Shown here piece by piece: positions 51,631-64,000 of a DNA stretch of 64,000 nt. The stretch's first letter is position 1. Each line of letters begins with the position of its first letter. The translations under genes and the position numbers were made by a program. This DNA is from Malacoraja senta (lineage: Eukaryota), in NCBI GenBank assembly GCA_038087875.1, contig JAXLNO010000600.1, positions 62,001-126,000 of the forward strand, given 5' to 3'. Under the pieces are notes generated by a model. The model saw only the letters and a program-made list of their open reading frames with translations. It had not been told where the DNA came from and made no database searches.

Positions 51631-53523
51631 GATTTGGTGATTCGTGCAGGTCATTCTGGGAAAACTGGCCAGCGTCTGCAGTGGCACGACCTGACAGGGA
51701 GGTTTAGTGACCAGTTGATCAGTCTGTTTGTCTCTGAACTTGGTGCCTGACTTACTGCCTGTTTCCCTACTTCCTCCTTTGCTGTCACGTTGATGTCGTG
51801 TGGGAAGTGTCTTTATACGAGCATGCTGCACGCTTCCTGCAAGACCACAAATCAACAAAACAAAATCTACACGGGCGGTAAAATAATTTGCAACATCAAC
51901 AGAAAGGCTTCATGCATGCCTGTGTTAGGGCAGCATGGTGGCACTGCTATAGAGTTGTTGCGATACAGCGTTTGTAGCGCTGGAGACTTGGGTTCCATCC
52001 TGACTACAGGTGCTGTCTGTACAGAGTTTGTACATTCTCCCCGTGACCTGCGTAGGTTTTCTCCGAGATCTTCTGTTTCCTTCCACACTCCAAAGAGTAC
52101 AGGTTTGTAGGTTAATTGGCATGGTACAAGTGTAAATCGAACCCAGTGTGTGTAGGATAGTGTTACTGTGTGGGGAATGCTGGTTGGTGCAGCCGAAAGG
52201 CCTTTTTCCCTGTGGTATAACTAAACTAAAAGTAAAGATTAGACACAAAATGCTGGAGTAACTCAGCGGGACAGGAAGAATCTCTGGAGAGAAGGAATGG
52301 GTGACGTTTTGGGTCGTGTCTGAAGAAGGGTCTCGACCCGAAACGTCACCCATTCCTTCCCCCCAGAGTTGCTGCCTGTCCCGCTGAGTTACTCCAGCTT
52401 TTTGTGTCTATCTTCGGTTCAAACCAGCATCTGCAGTTCCTTCCTGCACATAAAAGTCTTATGTAACGGCTATGGAACAATAAAACTCCAACTTGCCCAT
52501 AAACGCAATGATACACTGATAAAAAATATCATCATGAATAATACAATAAAATAATAATCTGAAAAATCAGGTCATCATAATAGTGTAACACCGAAGTCCG
52601 CAGTGCAACCAAAGACAAGGTCCATAAAGATTACAGTTGCGGAGGTTAGTGTTGTGCAGTGTTCAACAGCCTGAAGGTTGTTGGGAAGAAGCTGTTCCTG
52701 AACCTGGAGGTCACAGTTTTCAGGCTCCTGTACCTTCTTCCCGATGGTAGCAGCGAGATGAGAACGTGGCCATGGTGGTGTGGGTCTCTGATGATGCTGG
52801 CTGCCTTTTTGAGGCAGCGACTCCTGTAGATCCCTTCGATGGTGGGGAGGTCAGTACTGTGATGGACCTTCGATGGTGGGGAGGTCAGTACTGTGATGGA
52901 CCGGGCAGTGTCCACCACTCTCTATAGATCCCTTCGATGGTGGGGAGGTCGGTACCCGTGATGGACCAGGCAGTGTCTGTTTAGAGCAGTACCCGTGATG
53001 GACCAGGCAGTGTCTGCCACGTTCTGTATTCTCCTTCATCCAAGTTGCCAAACCAGGCAGTGATGCAACCAGTTACTATGTTTAAGAAAGAACTGCAGGT
53101 GCTGGAAAAATCTAAGGTAGACAAAAATGCTGGAGAAACTCAGCGGGTGAGGCAGCATCTATGGAGAGAAGGAATAGGCGACATGTCTTGACCCGAAACG
53201 TCGCCTATTCCTTCGCTCCATAGATGCTGTCTCACCCACTGAGTTTCTCCAGCTTTTTTGTCCACCAGTTAGTATGTTCTCCACCCTACATGCGTAGAAG
53301 TTCAATAGAGCATGGTGCAGGAAGGAAAGACATGTGCTGGTTTACACCGAAGATAGACACAAAATGCTGGAGTAACTCAGCGGGTCAGGCAGCATCTCTG
53401 GAGAAAAGGAATAGGGGACCTTTCGGGTCAAGACCCTTCTTCAGACTGAGACTCAGGGGAGAGGGAAACTGGTTGGAGTATTAGAATACTAATAGAATAT
53501 TCTGATAGTGTTCTTCATTAGAG

Positions 53524-54051
53524 CAAGGGTTCCCAACCTGGGTTGGGAAGGGTTCACCCCCAGGGGGTGAATTTCGCCTACCCAGGGCGTAAATCACTTC
53601 CCTCTGGAAGGCGACTCCGGACTGTCAAAGCTGCCACAGCCAGAGATAAAAACAGTTTTTATCCACGAGTAGTTGCTCTACTCAACAGCCAAAAATCTGT
53701 AGCCTCCCTTTGATCTGGTATTTTGTTGGTTCACATGCTTGATCAATGGTGTTTTATCATTAATGTTTTATTATTATTAATGTTTAGTGTTTTCTGAGTC
53801 ATTCGTAACTGTCACTGTATGTCATGTTGTTACTTGTGGCCTTGTATGTGAATACTTGGCCAATAAACTTACTTACTTAAATTAGTTGATTCTGGATGTG
53901 TACATTTTTTTTCTCATTGACTTGACTGTGTTTGGTTCTGGTATACCGGTATCTGTTCATCATTAGTTGGTCATAAATAAGTGAAATAACATTGTTACGT
54001 GCTATTAAAGTTGCCAGGGGTAAACGGGACGAAAAAGGTTGGGAACCTCTG
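53524..54051. mobile_element. Non-autonomous hAT (Charlie-like) element with a nested Rex1 3' fragment
   Basis: TIRs CAAGGGTTCCCAACCT / AGGTTGGGAACCTCTG and a perfect 8-bp TSD CATTAGAG (53516-53523 and 54052-54059). Confidence 0.9.
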
Positions 54052-54464
54052 CATTAGAGTGTTCGATGTAACCAGAGTTGCATTTCAAGGTGCATTGTGT
54101 ATTTTGGCACGGTGGAGCGAGGCAGCAAATGTACTCAACTTGATCGTAATAATGATACATACCTAAAATATAAGGACATCTTTTGCTGTTAGTTAAAGAA
54201 GGAACTGCAGATGCTGGAAAATCAAAGGTAGACAAAAATGCTGGGGAAACTCAGTGGGTGAGGCAGCATCTATGGAGCGAAGGAATAGGTGACGCTTTGG
54301 GTCGAGACCTTTCTTCAGACTTAGTTAAACTTCTGTTAAGTAGATTGAACAAACTGATCATCTCAGTAATGCAAACACAAGGAGTTTGCGTGTCAGCGAC
54401 ACAATTTGTGCGTAAAGGTGTTTGTTCCTGGGCTGAGGTGAAATAATGTCCATATGTGACACAT

Positions 54465-54580
54465 ATCGACAGTTATCCTAGGCTGAAAACGCCCAGTATC
54501 GTCTCATCTCAGAAGCTAAGCTGGCTCAGACCTGGTTTGTACTTGGATGGGAGACCGCTTGGGAATGCCAGCTGGTCGAG
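54465..54580 (+). pseudogene. 5S rRNA-derived sequence forming a SINE head
   Basis: Colinear with vertebrate 5S rRNA: ...TCGTCTCATCTCAGAAGCTAAGCTGGCTCAGACCTGGTTTGTACTTGGATGGGAGACCGCTTGGGAATGCC. Diverged and lacks an oligo-T terminator. Confidence 0.85.
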
Positions 54581-57500
54581 CTGCTGCCTGTGTGGAGTCT
54601 GCACTGTCTCCCTGTGACCGTGTGGGTTTCCTTCCTCCCAATGCTCTAGTTTTCTCCCACGGCCCAAAGATGTGCAGGTACACAAAAATGCTGGAGAAAC
54701 TCAGCGGGTGCGTCAGCATCTATGGAGCGAAGGAAATAGGCAACGTTTCGGGCCGAAACCCTTCTTCAGACTGATAGGGGGTGGGGAGAAGAAAGGAAAA
54801 AAGGCGGAGGAGGAGCCTGAGGGCTAGGGGATGGGAGGAGATAACCAGAGGGCTGATGAAGGGGAGGGGACAGCAAGGGCTAGCAGAATTGGGAGAATTC
54901 AATGTTCATGCCCCCAGGATGTAGACTGCCCAAGCGGAATATGAGGTGCATTTCCTCCAATTTCCGGTGTTGCTCGCTGTGGCCATGGAGGAGACCCAGG
55001 ACAGAGAGGTCAGATACGGAATGGGAGGGGGAATTGAAGTGCTGAGCCACCGGGAGGTCAGGTTGGTTATTGCGGACCGACCGGAGGTGTTCGGCGAAAC
55101 GATCGCCAAGCCTCCGCTTGGTCTCACCGATGTAGATCAGATCGGTGCCGCACCCGCTGAGTTTCTCCAGCATTTTTGTGTACCTTCGATTTTCCAGCAT
55201 CTGCAGTTCCTTTTTTAACACAAAGATGTGCAAGTTTGTTCGTTAATTGGCCTCTGTAAATTGTCCCTAGTTTAGTTTAGTTTAGAGATACAGCGCGGAA
55301 AACAGGCCCTTCGGCCCACCGAGACCGCGCCGACCTGAAATCCCCGTACGCAAGCGCTAACCTACGCAAACGAGGAATTTAGAATTATACCAAACCAATT
55401 AGCCTACAAACCTGCACGTCTTTGGAGTGTGGGAGGAAACTGGAGATCCCGGAGAAAACCCACGCGGGTCACGGGGAGAACGTACAAACTCCGTACAGGC
55501 AGCACCCGTAGTCAGGATCGAACCCGGGTCCCTGGCGCTGTGAGGCAGCAACTCTACCGCTGCGCCACCGTAGGGAATAGGTGAGAAAGTAGGATAACAT
55601 AGAACTCGGTGGGCCGAAGGGCCTGTTTCCATGCTTGTTTCTTTCAATCAATCAATCAATCAATCGCCTTTGAACTATGACGTTTGCTTGACAGTGCAAA
55701 TGCTTTAGCCTTTTGCTGTGCCTGGGAACATTATTTTATGTTCAGTACGGCACTGCAGAAGTGTTATAGATTCATGGTGAGATACAGTCCTTTAGCCAAA
55801 CAAGTCCATGCCGACCATCAACCACCCAGTATGGACTGGAAAGATTTAGGAGGATATGGGCCAAATACAGGCAAATAGTCACACAGCGTGGAGACTAGCC
55901 CTTCAGCACAACCTCCCCACACCGGCCAACATGCCCCATCTACACTAGTCCCATCTGCCTGTGTTTGGCCCATATCCCTCCAAACCTGTCCTATCCATGT
56001 ACCTGTCTAAATGTCTCTTAAATGTTGCTATAGTCCCTGCCTCAACTACCTCCTTCAGCAGCTTATTCCATACACCCAGTTTCATACACCAAAAGTTACT
56101 CCTCGGATTCCTATTAAATCTTTCCCGCCCCCTCACCTTAAAGCTATGGTACTTGATTCTTCACCTCTGGTCAAGAGACTTTGCGTCCTCCCGATCTATT
56201 CGTCTCATGGTTTTGTACACCTCTATAAGATCACCCCTCATCCTCCTGCACTCCAAGGAATAGAGTCCGAGCCTACTCAACCTCTCCCTGTAGCTCAGGC
56301 CCTCGATTCCTAGTTTTATCCTCGTAAATCTTCTCTGGTAGTAGCTTAGATGGGGCATCTTGGATGATGTGGATGTTGGGCCAAAGGACTCGTTTGCATG
56401 CTGCATGACTACACTAATCCCCCCACTTTTTTTAATTTTCCCCATCTATCACTCGCTCCAGTAAAGTCCGATCAAAGATAGAATGAGGGACTTCAATGAG
56501 GTAGATAGTAGTTCAGCACTGCTCTCTGGTTGTGGTAGGATGATTCAGTTGCCTGAGAACAGCTGGGAAGAAACTGTCCTTGAATCTGGAGGTGTGCGTT
56601 TTCACACTTCTGTACCTCTTGTCCGATGGGAGAGGGGAGAAGAGGGAGTGACCAGGGGTGAGACTGGTCCTTGATTATGCTGCTGGCCTTCCCGAGGCAG
56701 CGTGAGGTGTAGATGGAGTCGATGGAAGGGAGGTTGGTTTGTGTGATGGTCTGGGTTGCTGGCCTTGCCAAGGCAGCGTGAGGTGTAGATGGAGTCAATG
56801 GAAGGGAGGTCGGTTTGTGTGATGGTCTGGGCTGGGTTAGAACATGGTTGAAGAATAAGAATTACAGAAGCGGAGCAGTGGGAGAGGGTCTCATAAAACT
56901 CCTGTCGGATAGAGGAGGGGAACGTCTTCCAAGCAGTCAGGCCCAAAGAGTCCGATATACGTCATGATGCATTAGAGTGATGCTGTATCTCACTAGACAT
57001 TGAGACTTATTAACCCAATAGCAGACAGGTCAGACCGTATCATGATACATCCATCAGCTCTTGCTCATACTTAGGCCACACTCCACAAAATGTATGAATA
57101 CAACCATTCACAAAGTGTAAGGCAACGTCAATCACCACCCTATCCTCCCCATAAGAGCAAGCAGGACATGTATGTAAAAGTAATGATAGACGCAAAAAGC
57201 TGGAGTAACTCAGTGGGACACGATTGATTGAAAGCATCTCTGGAGAGAAGGAATGGGTGACGTTCCGGGTCGAGACCCTTCTTCAGACGGGGAAAAAAAG
57301 GCAGCAGAATTGGGATGAGAGGGAAAGATAGATCAGCTATGATTGAATGTCGGAGTAAACTCGATGGACCGAAGGGCCTTATTCTGCTCCTAGAACTTCT
57401 GAACTATGTAAAGCAAAGTTGGTTATCAGCGTGAAAATATTTGCATTGACTCAGCGATTGAGTGCATTAAATTAATGTGAGAACATTCTATTAGCCCCTT

Positions 57501-57669
57501 GATTAAACATTTACAATTATCAAAGTGTTTACTTGGTTCTTTAATTAGCTTCCCTAAAATTTGTAACCAGACAAACTAACTGAGATTGATTGATAAAAAG
57601 ATACAGCATGGAAACAGGCCCTTCAGCCCACCGAGCCCAGGCCGACCATCGATCCCCCTTTCACATCTT

Positions 57670-58695
57670 TTCTGAATGGAAGGCAGTGACTAGTGGAGTG
57701 CCGCAAGGCTCGGTGCTGGGACCCCAGTTGTTTACAATATATATTAATGATTTAGACGAGGGAATTAAATGTAACATCTCCAAGTTTGCGGATGACACAA
57801 GGCTGGGTGGCAGCGTGAGCTGCGAGGAGGATGCTATGAGGTTGCAGGATGACTTGGATAGGTTGGGTGAATGGGCAGAAGCATGGCAGATGCAGTATAA
57901 TGTGGATAAATGTGAGGTTATCCACTTTGGTGGCAAGAACAGGAAGGCCGATTATTATCTGAATGATGTCAGATTAGGAGATGGGGAGGTGCAACGAGAC
58001 CTAGGTGAGTGCTTGTACATCAGTCACTGAAAGTAAGCATGCAGGTACAGCAGGCAGTGAAGAGTTGTTGGCCTTCATTGCGAGAGGATTTGAGTTTAAG
58101 AGCAAAGAGGTCCTTCTGCAGTTGTACAGGGCCCTGGTGAGACCGCACCTGGAGTATTCTGTGCAGTTTTGGTCTCCTAATTTGAGGAAGGACATTATTG
58201 CTATTGAGGGAGTGCAGCGTAGATTCACCAGATTGATTCCTGGGATGGCAGGACTGACATATGATGAAAGAATGGGTCAACTGGGCTTGTATTTGCTGGA
58301 ATTTATAAGGATGAGAGGGAATCTTATAGAAACATATAGCATGCTTAGAAGATTGGACAGGCTAAATGCAGGAAAAATGTTCCCGATGTTGGGGGAAGTC
58401 CAGAACCAGGTATCACACAGTTTAAGAATAAGGGGTAAGCCATTTGGGACTGAGATGAGGAAAAACATTTTCACCCAGAGAGTTGTGAATCTGTGGAATT
58501 CTCTGCCACAGAAGGCAGTGGAGGCCGATTCATGGTGTGTTCAAGAGAGAGTTAGATTTAGCTCTTTGGGCTAATGGAATCAAGGGATATGGGGAAAAAG
58601 CAGGAATGCGGTACTGATTTTGGATGATTAGGCATGATCATATTGAATGGCTCGAAGGGCCGAATGTCCTACTCCTGCACCTATTTTCTATGTTT
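57670..58695 (+). mobile_element. CR1 LINE 3' part
   Basis: [20 protein letters not shown]...FADDT motifs. Confidence 0.93.
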
Positions 58696-58780
58696 CACAC
58701 TAGTTCTGTTATCCCACTTTCTCATCCACTCCCTACACTTGCTGTAGGAGCAATTTACAGCGGCCAAAGGGTCCCGAACC

Positions 58781-59171
58781 AAAACGTCACCTATCCATGT
58801 TCTCCACAGATGCTGCCTGACCCACTGAGTTACTCCAGCACTCTGTGAAACGTCACCTATCCATGTTCTCCACAGATGCTGCCTGACCCGCTGAGTTACT
58901 CCAGCACTCTGTGAAACGTCACCTATCCATGTTCTCCACAGATGCTGCCTGACCCGCTGAGTTACTCCAGCACTCTGAAACGTCACCTATCCATGTTCTC
59001 CACAGATGCTGCCTGACCCGCTGAGTTACTCAAGCACTCTGTGAAAAGTCACCTATCCATGTTCTCCACAGATGCTGCCTGACCCGCTGAGTTACTCCAG
59101 CACTCTGTGAAACGTCACCTACCCATGTTCTCCACAGATGCTGCCTGACCCGCTGAGCTACTCCAGCACTT
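58781..59171 (+). repeat. 66-bp tandem array (6 units) derived from a Penelope terminal repeat
   Basis: TCTCCACAGA recurs at 58801, 58867, 58933, 58997, 59063 and 59129. Confidence 0.95.
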
Positions 59172-60815
59172 TAAGTTATTTTATGTAACCTGCACGTCTT
59201 TGGGATGTGGGTGGAATCCGCAGCACCCGGAGAAAACCCATGCAAGCACAGGGAAAACGTGCAAACTCCACACAGATGGCTCCCAAGTTCAGGCTCGGAC
59301 CGGGGTCTCTGATGCTGTGAGGCAGTAGCTCTACCAGGAGCAAAGAGGCCCTTCTGCAGTTGTACAGGGCCCTAGTGAGACCACACCTGGAGTATCGTGT
59401 GTAGTTTTGGTCCCATAATTTGAGGAAGGACATTCTTGCTATTGAGGGAGTGCAGCATAGGTTTACAAGGTTAATTCCAGGGATGGCGGGACTGTCATAT
59501 GCTGAGAGAATGGAGCGGCTGGGCTTGTATACTCTGGAGTTTAGAAGGATGAGAGGGGATCTTATTGAAACATATAAGATTATTAAGGGTTTGGACACGC
59601 TAGAGGCAGGAAACATGTTCCCGATGTTGGGGGAGTCCAGAACCAGGGGCCACAGTTTAAGAATAAGAGGTAAGCCATTTAGAACGGAGTCGAGGAAACA
59701 CCTTTTCACACAGAGAGTTGTGAGTCTGTGGAATTCTCTGCCTCAGAGGGCGGTGGAGGCCGGTTCTCTGGATACTTTCAAGAGAGAGCTAGATAGGGTT
59801 CTTAAAGATAGTGGAGTCAGGGAATATGGGGAGAAGGCAGGATCGGGGTACTGATTGGGGATGATCACCCACGATCACATTGAATGGTGGTGCTGGCTCG
59901 AAGGGCCGAATGGCCTGCTCCTGCACCTATTGTCTATTGTCACTCTGCCGCCCACCATGTAGGTTTCTTGGTGAATAGTTTGCAACTATGAGCATTTGTA
60001 GGGATGGCACAGTGCGCTGAGAACTCAGTATACATGTTTGCACCACACGCTCCATGTACGTACCCACGCTGGCCGTTCCATGCCTGCGCTCACACCCAAC
60101 ACTCCACGCACCACTTATGCAAGGCACACTGAGTGTGTGCTGGGAATTTGAGGGAATTTGAATGTGATTTTGAATCAATTTGAAAAGATTTAATAGGAAT
60201 CTGAGGGGTAACCTTTATACACAAATGGTGGTGGTCAGAATTTTTAATTCTGTTTTGAGTCATCAGAACATCTTTGTCAGTGTGACGTCGCTTGCCAATG
60301 AAGCACAGAATCTCTTGCCCAAAGCAGGGGAATCGAGAACCAGAGGACATGGATTTAAGGTGAAGTGGGAAAGATTTAATCGGAATCAGAGGGGTAACTT
60401 TTTCACACAGTGGCTGGTGGGTGAATGGACCAAGTTGCCAGAGGAGGTAGATGAGACTGGGACTATCCCAACATTTAAGAAGCAGATAGACAGGTACATG
60501 GATCGGACAGGTTTGGAGGAATATGGACCAAATGCAGGCAGGTGGGACTAGTGCAGCTGGGACATGTTGGCCGGTGTGGGCAAGTTGGGCCGAAGGCCCT
60601 GTTTACACACTGTATGAATGGTGTTCCTTGATCCAATATTGCAACCAAGGGCAGCACAGTGGCGCAGAAATAGAGTTGCTGCCTTACAACGCCAGAGATA
60701 CAGGTTTGATCCAGACCTGGGGTGCAGTCTGTACAGAGTTTGTACATTCACCCTGTGACCACGTGGGTTTCTGCAGCTGCTCCGGTTTCCTCCTACACTC
60801 CAAAAGACATTCAGT

Positions 60816-63800
60816 GAGTGCCCTCCATAATTTTTGGGACAAAGACCCTTCATTTATTTATTTGCCTCTGTACTCTACAATTTACGATTTGTAATAGAAA
60901 AAAATCACATGTGGTTAAAGTACACATTGTCAGATTTTAATAAAGGCCATTTTTATACATTTTAGTTTTACCATGTAGAAATTACAGCAGTGTTTATACA
61001 TAGTCCCCCCCATTTCAGGGCACCATAATGTTTGGGACACAGCAATGTCATGTAAATGAAAGTAGTCATGTTTTGTATTTTGTTGCATATCCTTTGCATG
61101 CAATGACTGCTTGAAGTCTGCGATTCATAGACATCACCAGTTGCTGGGTGTCTTCTCTGGTGATGCTCTGCCAGGCCTGTATTGCAGCCATCTTTACCTT
61201 ATGCTTGTTTTGGGGGCTAGTCCCCTTCAGTTTTCTCTTCAGCATTAAAAGGCATGCTCAATTGGGTTCAGATCGAGTGATTGACTTGGCCACTCAAGAA
61301 TTGACCATTTTTTAGCTTTGAAAACTCCTTTGTTGCTTTAGCAGTATGTTTGGAATCATTGTCTTGCTGTAGAATGAACTGCCGGCCAATGAGTTTTGAG
61401 GCATTTGTTTAAACTTGAGCAGATAGGATGTGTCTATACACTTCAGAATTCATTATGCTACTACCATCAGCAATAAACAATAGACAATAGGTGCAGGAGT
61501 AGGCCATTTGGCCCTTTGAGCCTGCACCGCCATTCAATATGATCATGGCTGATCATCCAACTCAGTATCCCGTACCTGCCTTCTCTCCATACCCTCTGAT
61601 CCCTTTAGCTACAAGGGCCACATCTAACTCCCTCTTAAATATAGCCAATGAACTGGCCTCGACTACCCTCTGTGGCAGAGAGTTCCAGAGATTCACCACT
61701 CTCTGTGTGAAAAAAGTTCTTCTCATCTCGGTTTTAAAGGATTTCCCCCTTATCCTTAAGCTGTGACCCCTTGTCCTGGACTTCCCCAACATCGGGAGCA
61801 ATCTTCCTGCATCTAGCCTGTCCAACCCCTTAAGAATTTTGTAAGTTTCTATAAGATCCCCTCTCAATCTCCTAAATTCTAGAGAGTATAAACCAAGTCT
61901 ATCCAGTCTTTCTTCATAAGACAGTCCTGACATCCCAGGAATCAGTCTGGTGAACCTTCTCTGCACTCCCTCTATGGCAATAATGTCCTTCCTCAGATTT
62001 GGAGACCAAAACTGTACGCAATACTCCAGGTGTGGTCTCACCAAGACCCTGTACAACTGCAGTAGAACCTCCCTGCTCCTATACTCAAATCCTTTTGCTA
62101 GAAAGCTAACATACCATTCGCTTTCTTCACTGCTTGCTGCACTTGCATGCCTACTTTCAATGACTGGTGTACCATGACACCCAGGTCTCGCTGCATCTCC
62201 CCTTTTCCTAGTCGGCCACCATTTAGATAATAGTCTGCTTTCCTGTTTTTGCCACCAAAATGGATAACGTCACATTTATCCACATTATACTGCATCTGCC
62301 AAACATTTGCCCACTCACCCAGCCTATCCAAGTCACCTTGCAGTCTCCTAGCATCCTCCTCACAGCTAACACTGCCCCCCAGCTTAGTGTCATCTGCAAA
62401 CTTGGAGATATTGCCTTCAATTCCCTCATCCAGATCATTAATATATATTGTAAATAGCTGGGGTCCCAGCACTGAGCCTTGCGGTACCCCACTAGTCACT
62501 GCCTGCCATTGTGAAAAGGACCCGTTTACTCCTACTCTTTGCTTCCTGTTTGCCAGCCAGTTCTCTATCCACATCAATACTGAACCCTCAATACCGGGTG
62601 ATTTAAGTTTGTATCCTAATCTCTTATGTGGTACCTTGTCGAAAGCCTTCTGAAAGTCCAGATACAACACATCCACTGGTTCTCCCCTATCCACGCTACT
62701 AGTTACATCCTTGAAAAATTCTATAAGATTCGTCAGACATGATTTACCTTTCGTAAATCCATGCTGACTTTGTCCAATGATTTCACCACTTTCCAAATGT
62801 GCTGCTATCCCATCTTTAATAACTGACTCTAGCAGTTTCCCCACTACCGATGTTTGATTAACTGGTCTGTAATTCCCGGTTTTCTCTCTCCCTCCCTTCT
62901 TAAAAAGTGGGGTTACGTTTGCTACCCGCCAATCCTCAGGAACTACTCCAGAATCTAAAGAGTTTTGAAAGATTATTACTAATGCATCCACTATTTCTGG
63001 AGCTACTTCCTTAAGTACTCTGGGATGCAGCCTATCTGGCCCTGGGGATTTATCAGCCTTTAATCCATTCAATTTACCCAACACCACCTCCCGACTAACC
63101 TGGATTTCACTTAATTCACTTCACTTCAATGTGATCAAGGACCCTGTTCCTGCCTTCTCCCCATATCCCCTATTTTTAAGAGCCCTATCAAGCTCTCTCT
63201 TGAAAGTATCCAGATAACCGGCCTCCTCCGCCCTCTGAGGCAGAGAATTCCATAGGCTGACTACTCTCTGTGTGAAAATGTGTTTCCTCATCGTTGTAAA
63301 TGGCTTATTTTTAAACTGTGGCCCTTGGTTCTGAACTCCCCCAACATCAGGAACATAACATCAATGAATATAAGTGGGCCAGTACCTTCAGCAGCCATAC
63401 ATGCCCCCACCACCGTGTTTCACAGATGAGGTGGTATGCTTTGGATCCTGGGCAGTTCCTTCTCTCCTCCATACTTTGCTCTTGCCATCACTCTGATATA
63501 AGTTAATCTTCGTCTCATCTGTCCACAAGATCTTTTTCCAGAACTGTGGTTGTTCTTTTAAGTACTTCTTGGCAAACTGTAACCTGGCCATCCTATTTTT
63601 GCGGCTAACCAGTGGTTTGCATCTTGCAGTGTATCCTCTGTATTTCTGTTCGTGAAGTCTTCTGCGGACAGTGGTCATTGACAAATCCACACCTGACTCC
63701 TGAAGAGTGTTTCTGATCTGTCGGGCAGGTGTTTGGTTTTTCTTCTTTGTTATAGAGAGAATTCTTCTGTCATCAGCTGTGGAGGTCTTCCTTGGCCTGC

Positions 63801-64000
63801 CAGTCACTTTGCGACTAGTAAGCTCACCAGTGCTCTCTTTCTTCTTAATGATGTTCCAAACAGTTTATTTTGGCTGATGTCTCTAACAGTTTTATTCTTG
63901 TTTCTCAGTCTCATAATGGCTTCATTGACTTTCATTGGCACAACTTTGGTCCTCATGTTGATAAACAGCAATAAAAGTTTCCAAAGGTGATGGAAAGACT
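60816..64000 (-). mobile_element. Second Tc1 family element, interrupted by CR1 LINE insertions, runs off the window
   Basis: TIR at 60816. Frameshifted ILQQDNDSKH...DLNPIEH at about 61250-61380. ORF 63388-63807 contains ARCKPL...ILWTDETKINL...VKHGGG. Confidence 0.92.
61474..63110 (-). mobile_element. CR1 LINE 3' 1.6 kb, relatively intact, nested in Tc1
   Basis: ORFs 62098-63087 and 61562-62056 encode contiguous CR1 RT separated by a frameshift. Confidence 0.96.

Noticed and set aside
54465..54580. Functional 5S rRNA gene
   Set aside because: Many substitutions, no terminator, not in an array, and fused to a SINE body.
62098..63087. Active or domesticated reverse transcriptase gene
   Set aside because: 5'-truncated CR1 lacking the endonuclease and ORF1, frameshifted near 62100.

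Overview
Eukaryotic, very repeat-rich vertebrate DNA. The repeat families (HE1-like V-SINEs, HER1-like CR1 LINEs, abundant Penelope-like elements) point to a cartilaginous fish, probably a skate or ray; this is inference. Most entries in the ORF track are repeat fragments. Reading for spliced exons recovers three real genes in the same arrangement as human 2q35. (1) AAMP on the minus strand, coding exons 1-7 (21818 down to 2331); its remaining exons lie left of the window. (2) PNKD short isoform (MR-1S) on the plus strand, complete in 3 exons and 144 aa (22880-26421), head-to-head with AAMP across a CpG-island promoter. (3) The last three coding exons of TMBIM1 on the minus strand (47076 down to 40843); the last exon has two single-base homopolymer frameshifts, and a 200-N gap lies just upstream. 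The rest is CR1, Rex1/Babar, Tx1 and Penelope-like retroelements, SINEs, Tc1/hAT/Helitron-like DNA elements, Gypsy remnants, minisatellites and a local tandem duplication. The most interesting signals are many minimal hammerhead-ribozyme motifs in Penelope termini (one with a complete stem I), a 5S-rRNA-headed V-SINE chimera, a 20-bp VNTR between the promoter and the AAMP start codon, a perfect 64-bp hairpin around a tRNA-Pro primer-binding site, and four co-oriented CTCF-like motifs. No CRISPR array or prokaryotic system is present. Exon coordinates were read to the base; most repeat boundaries are approximate.
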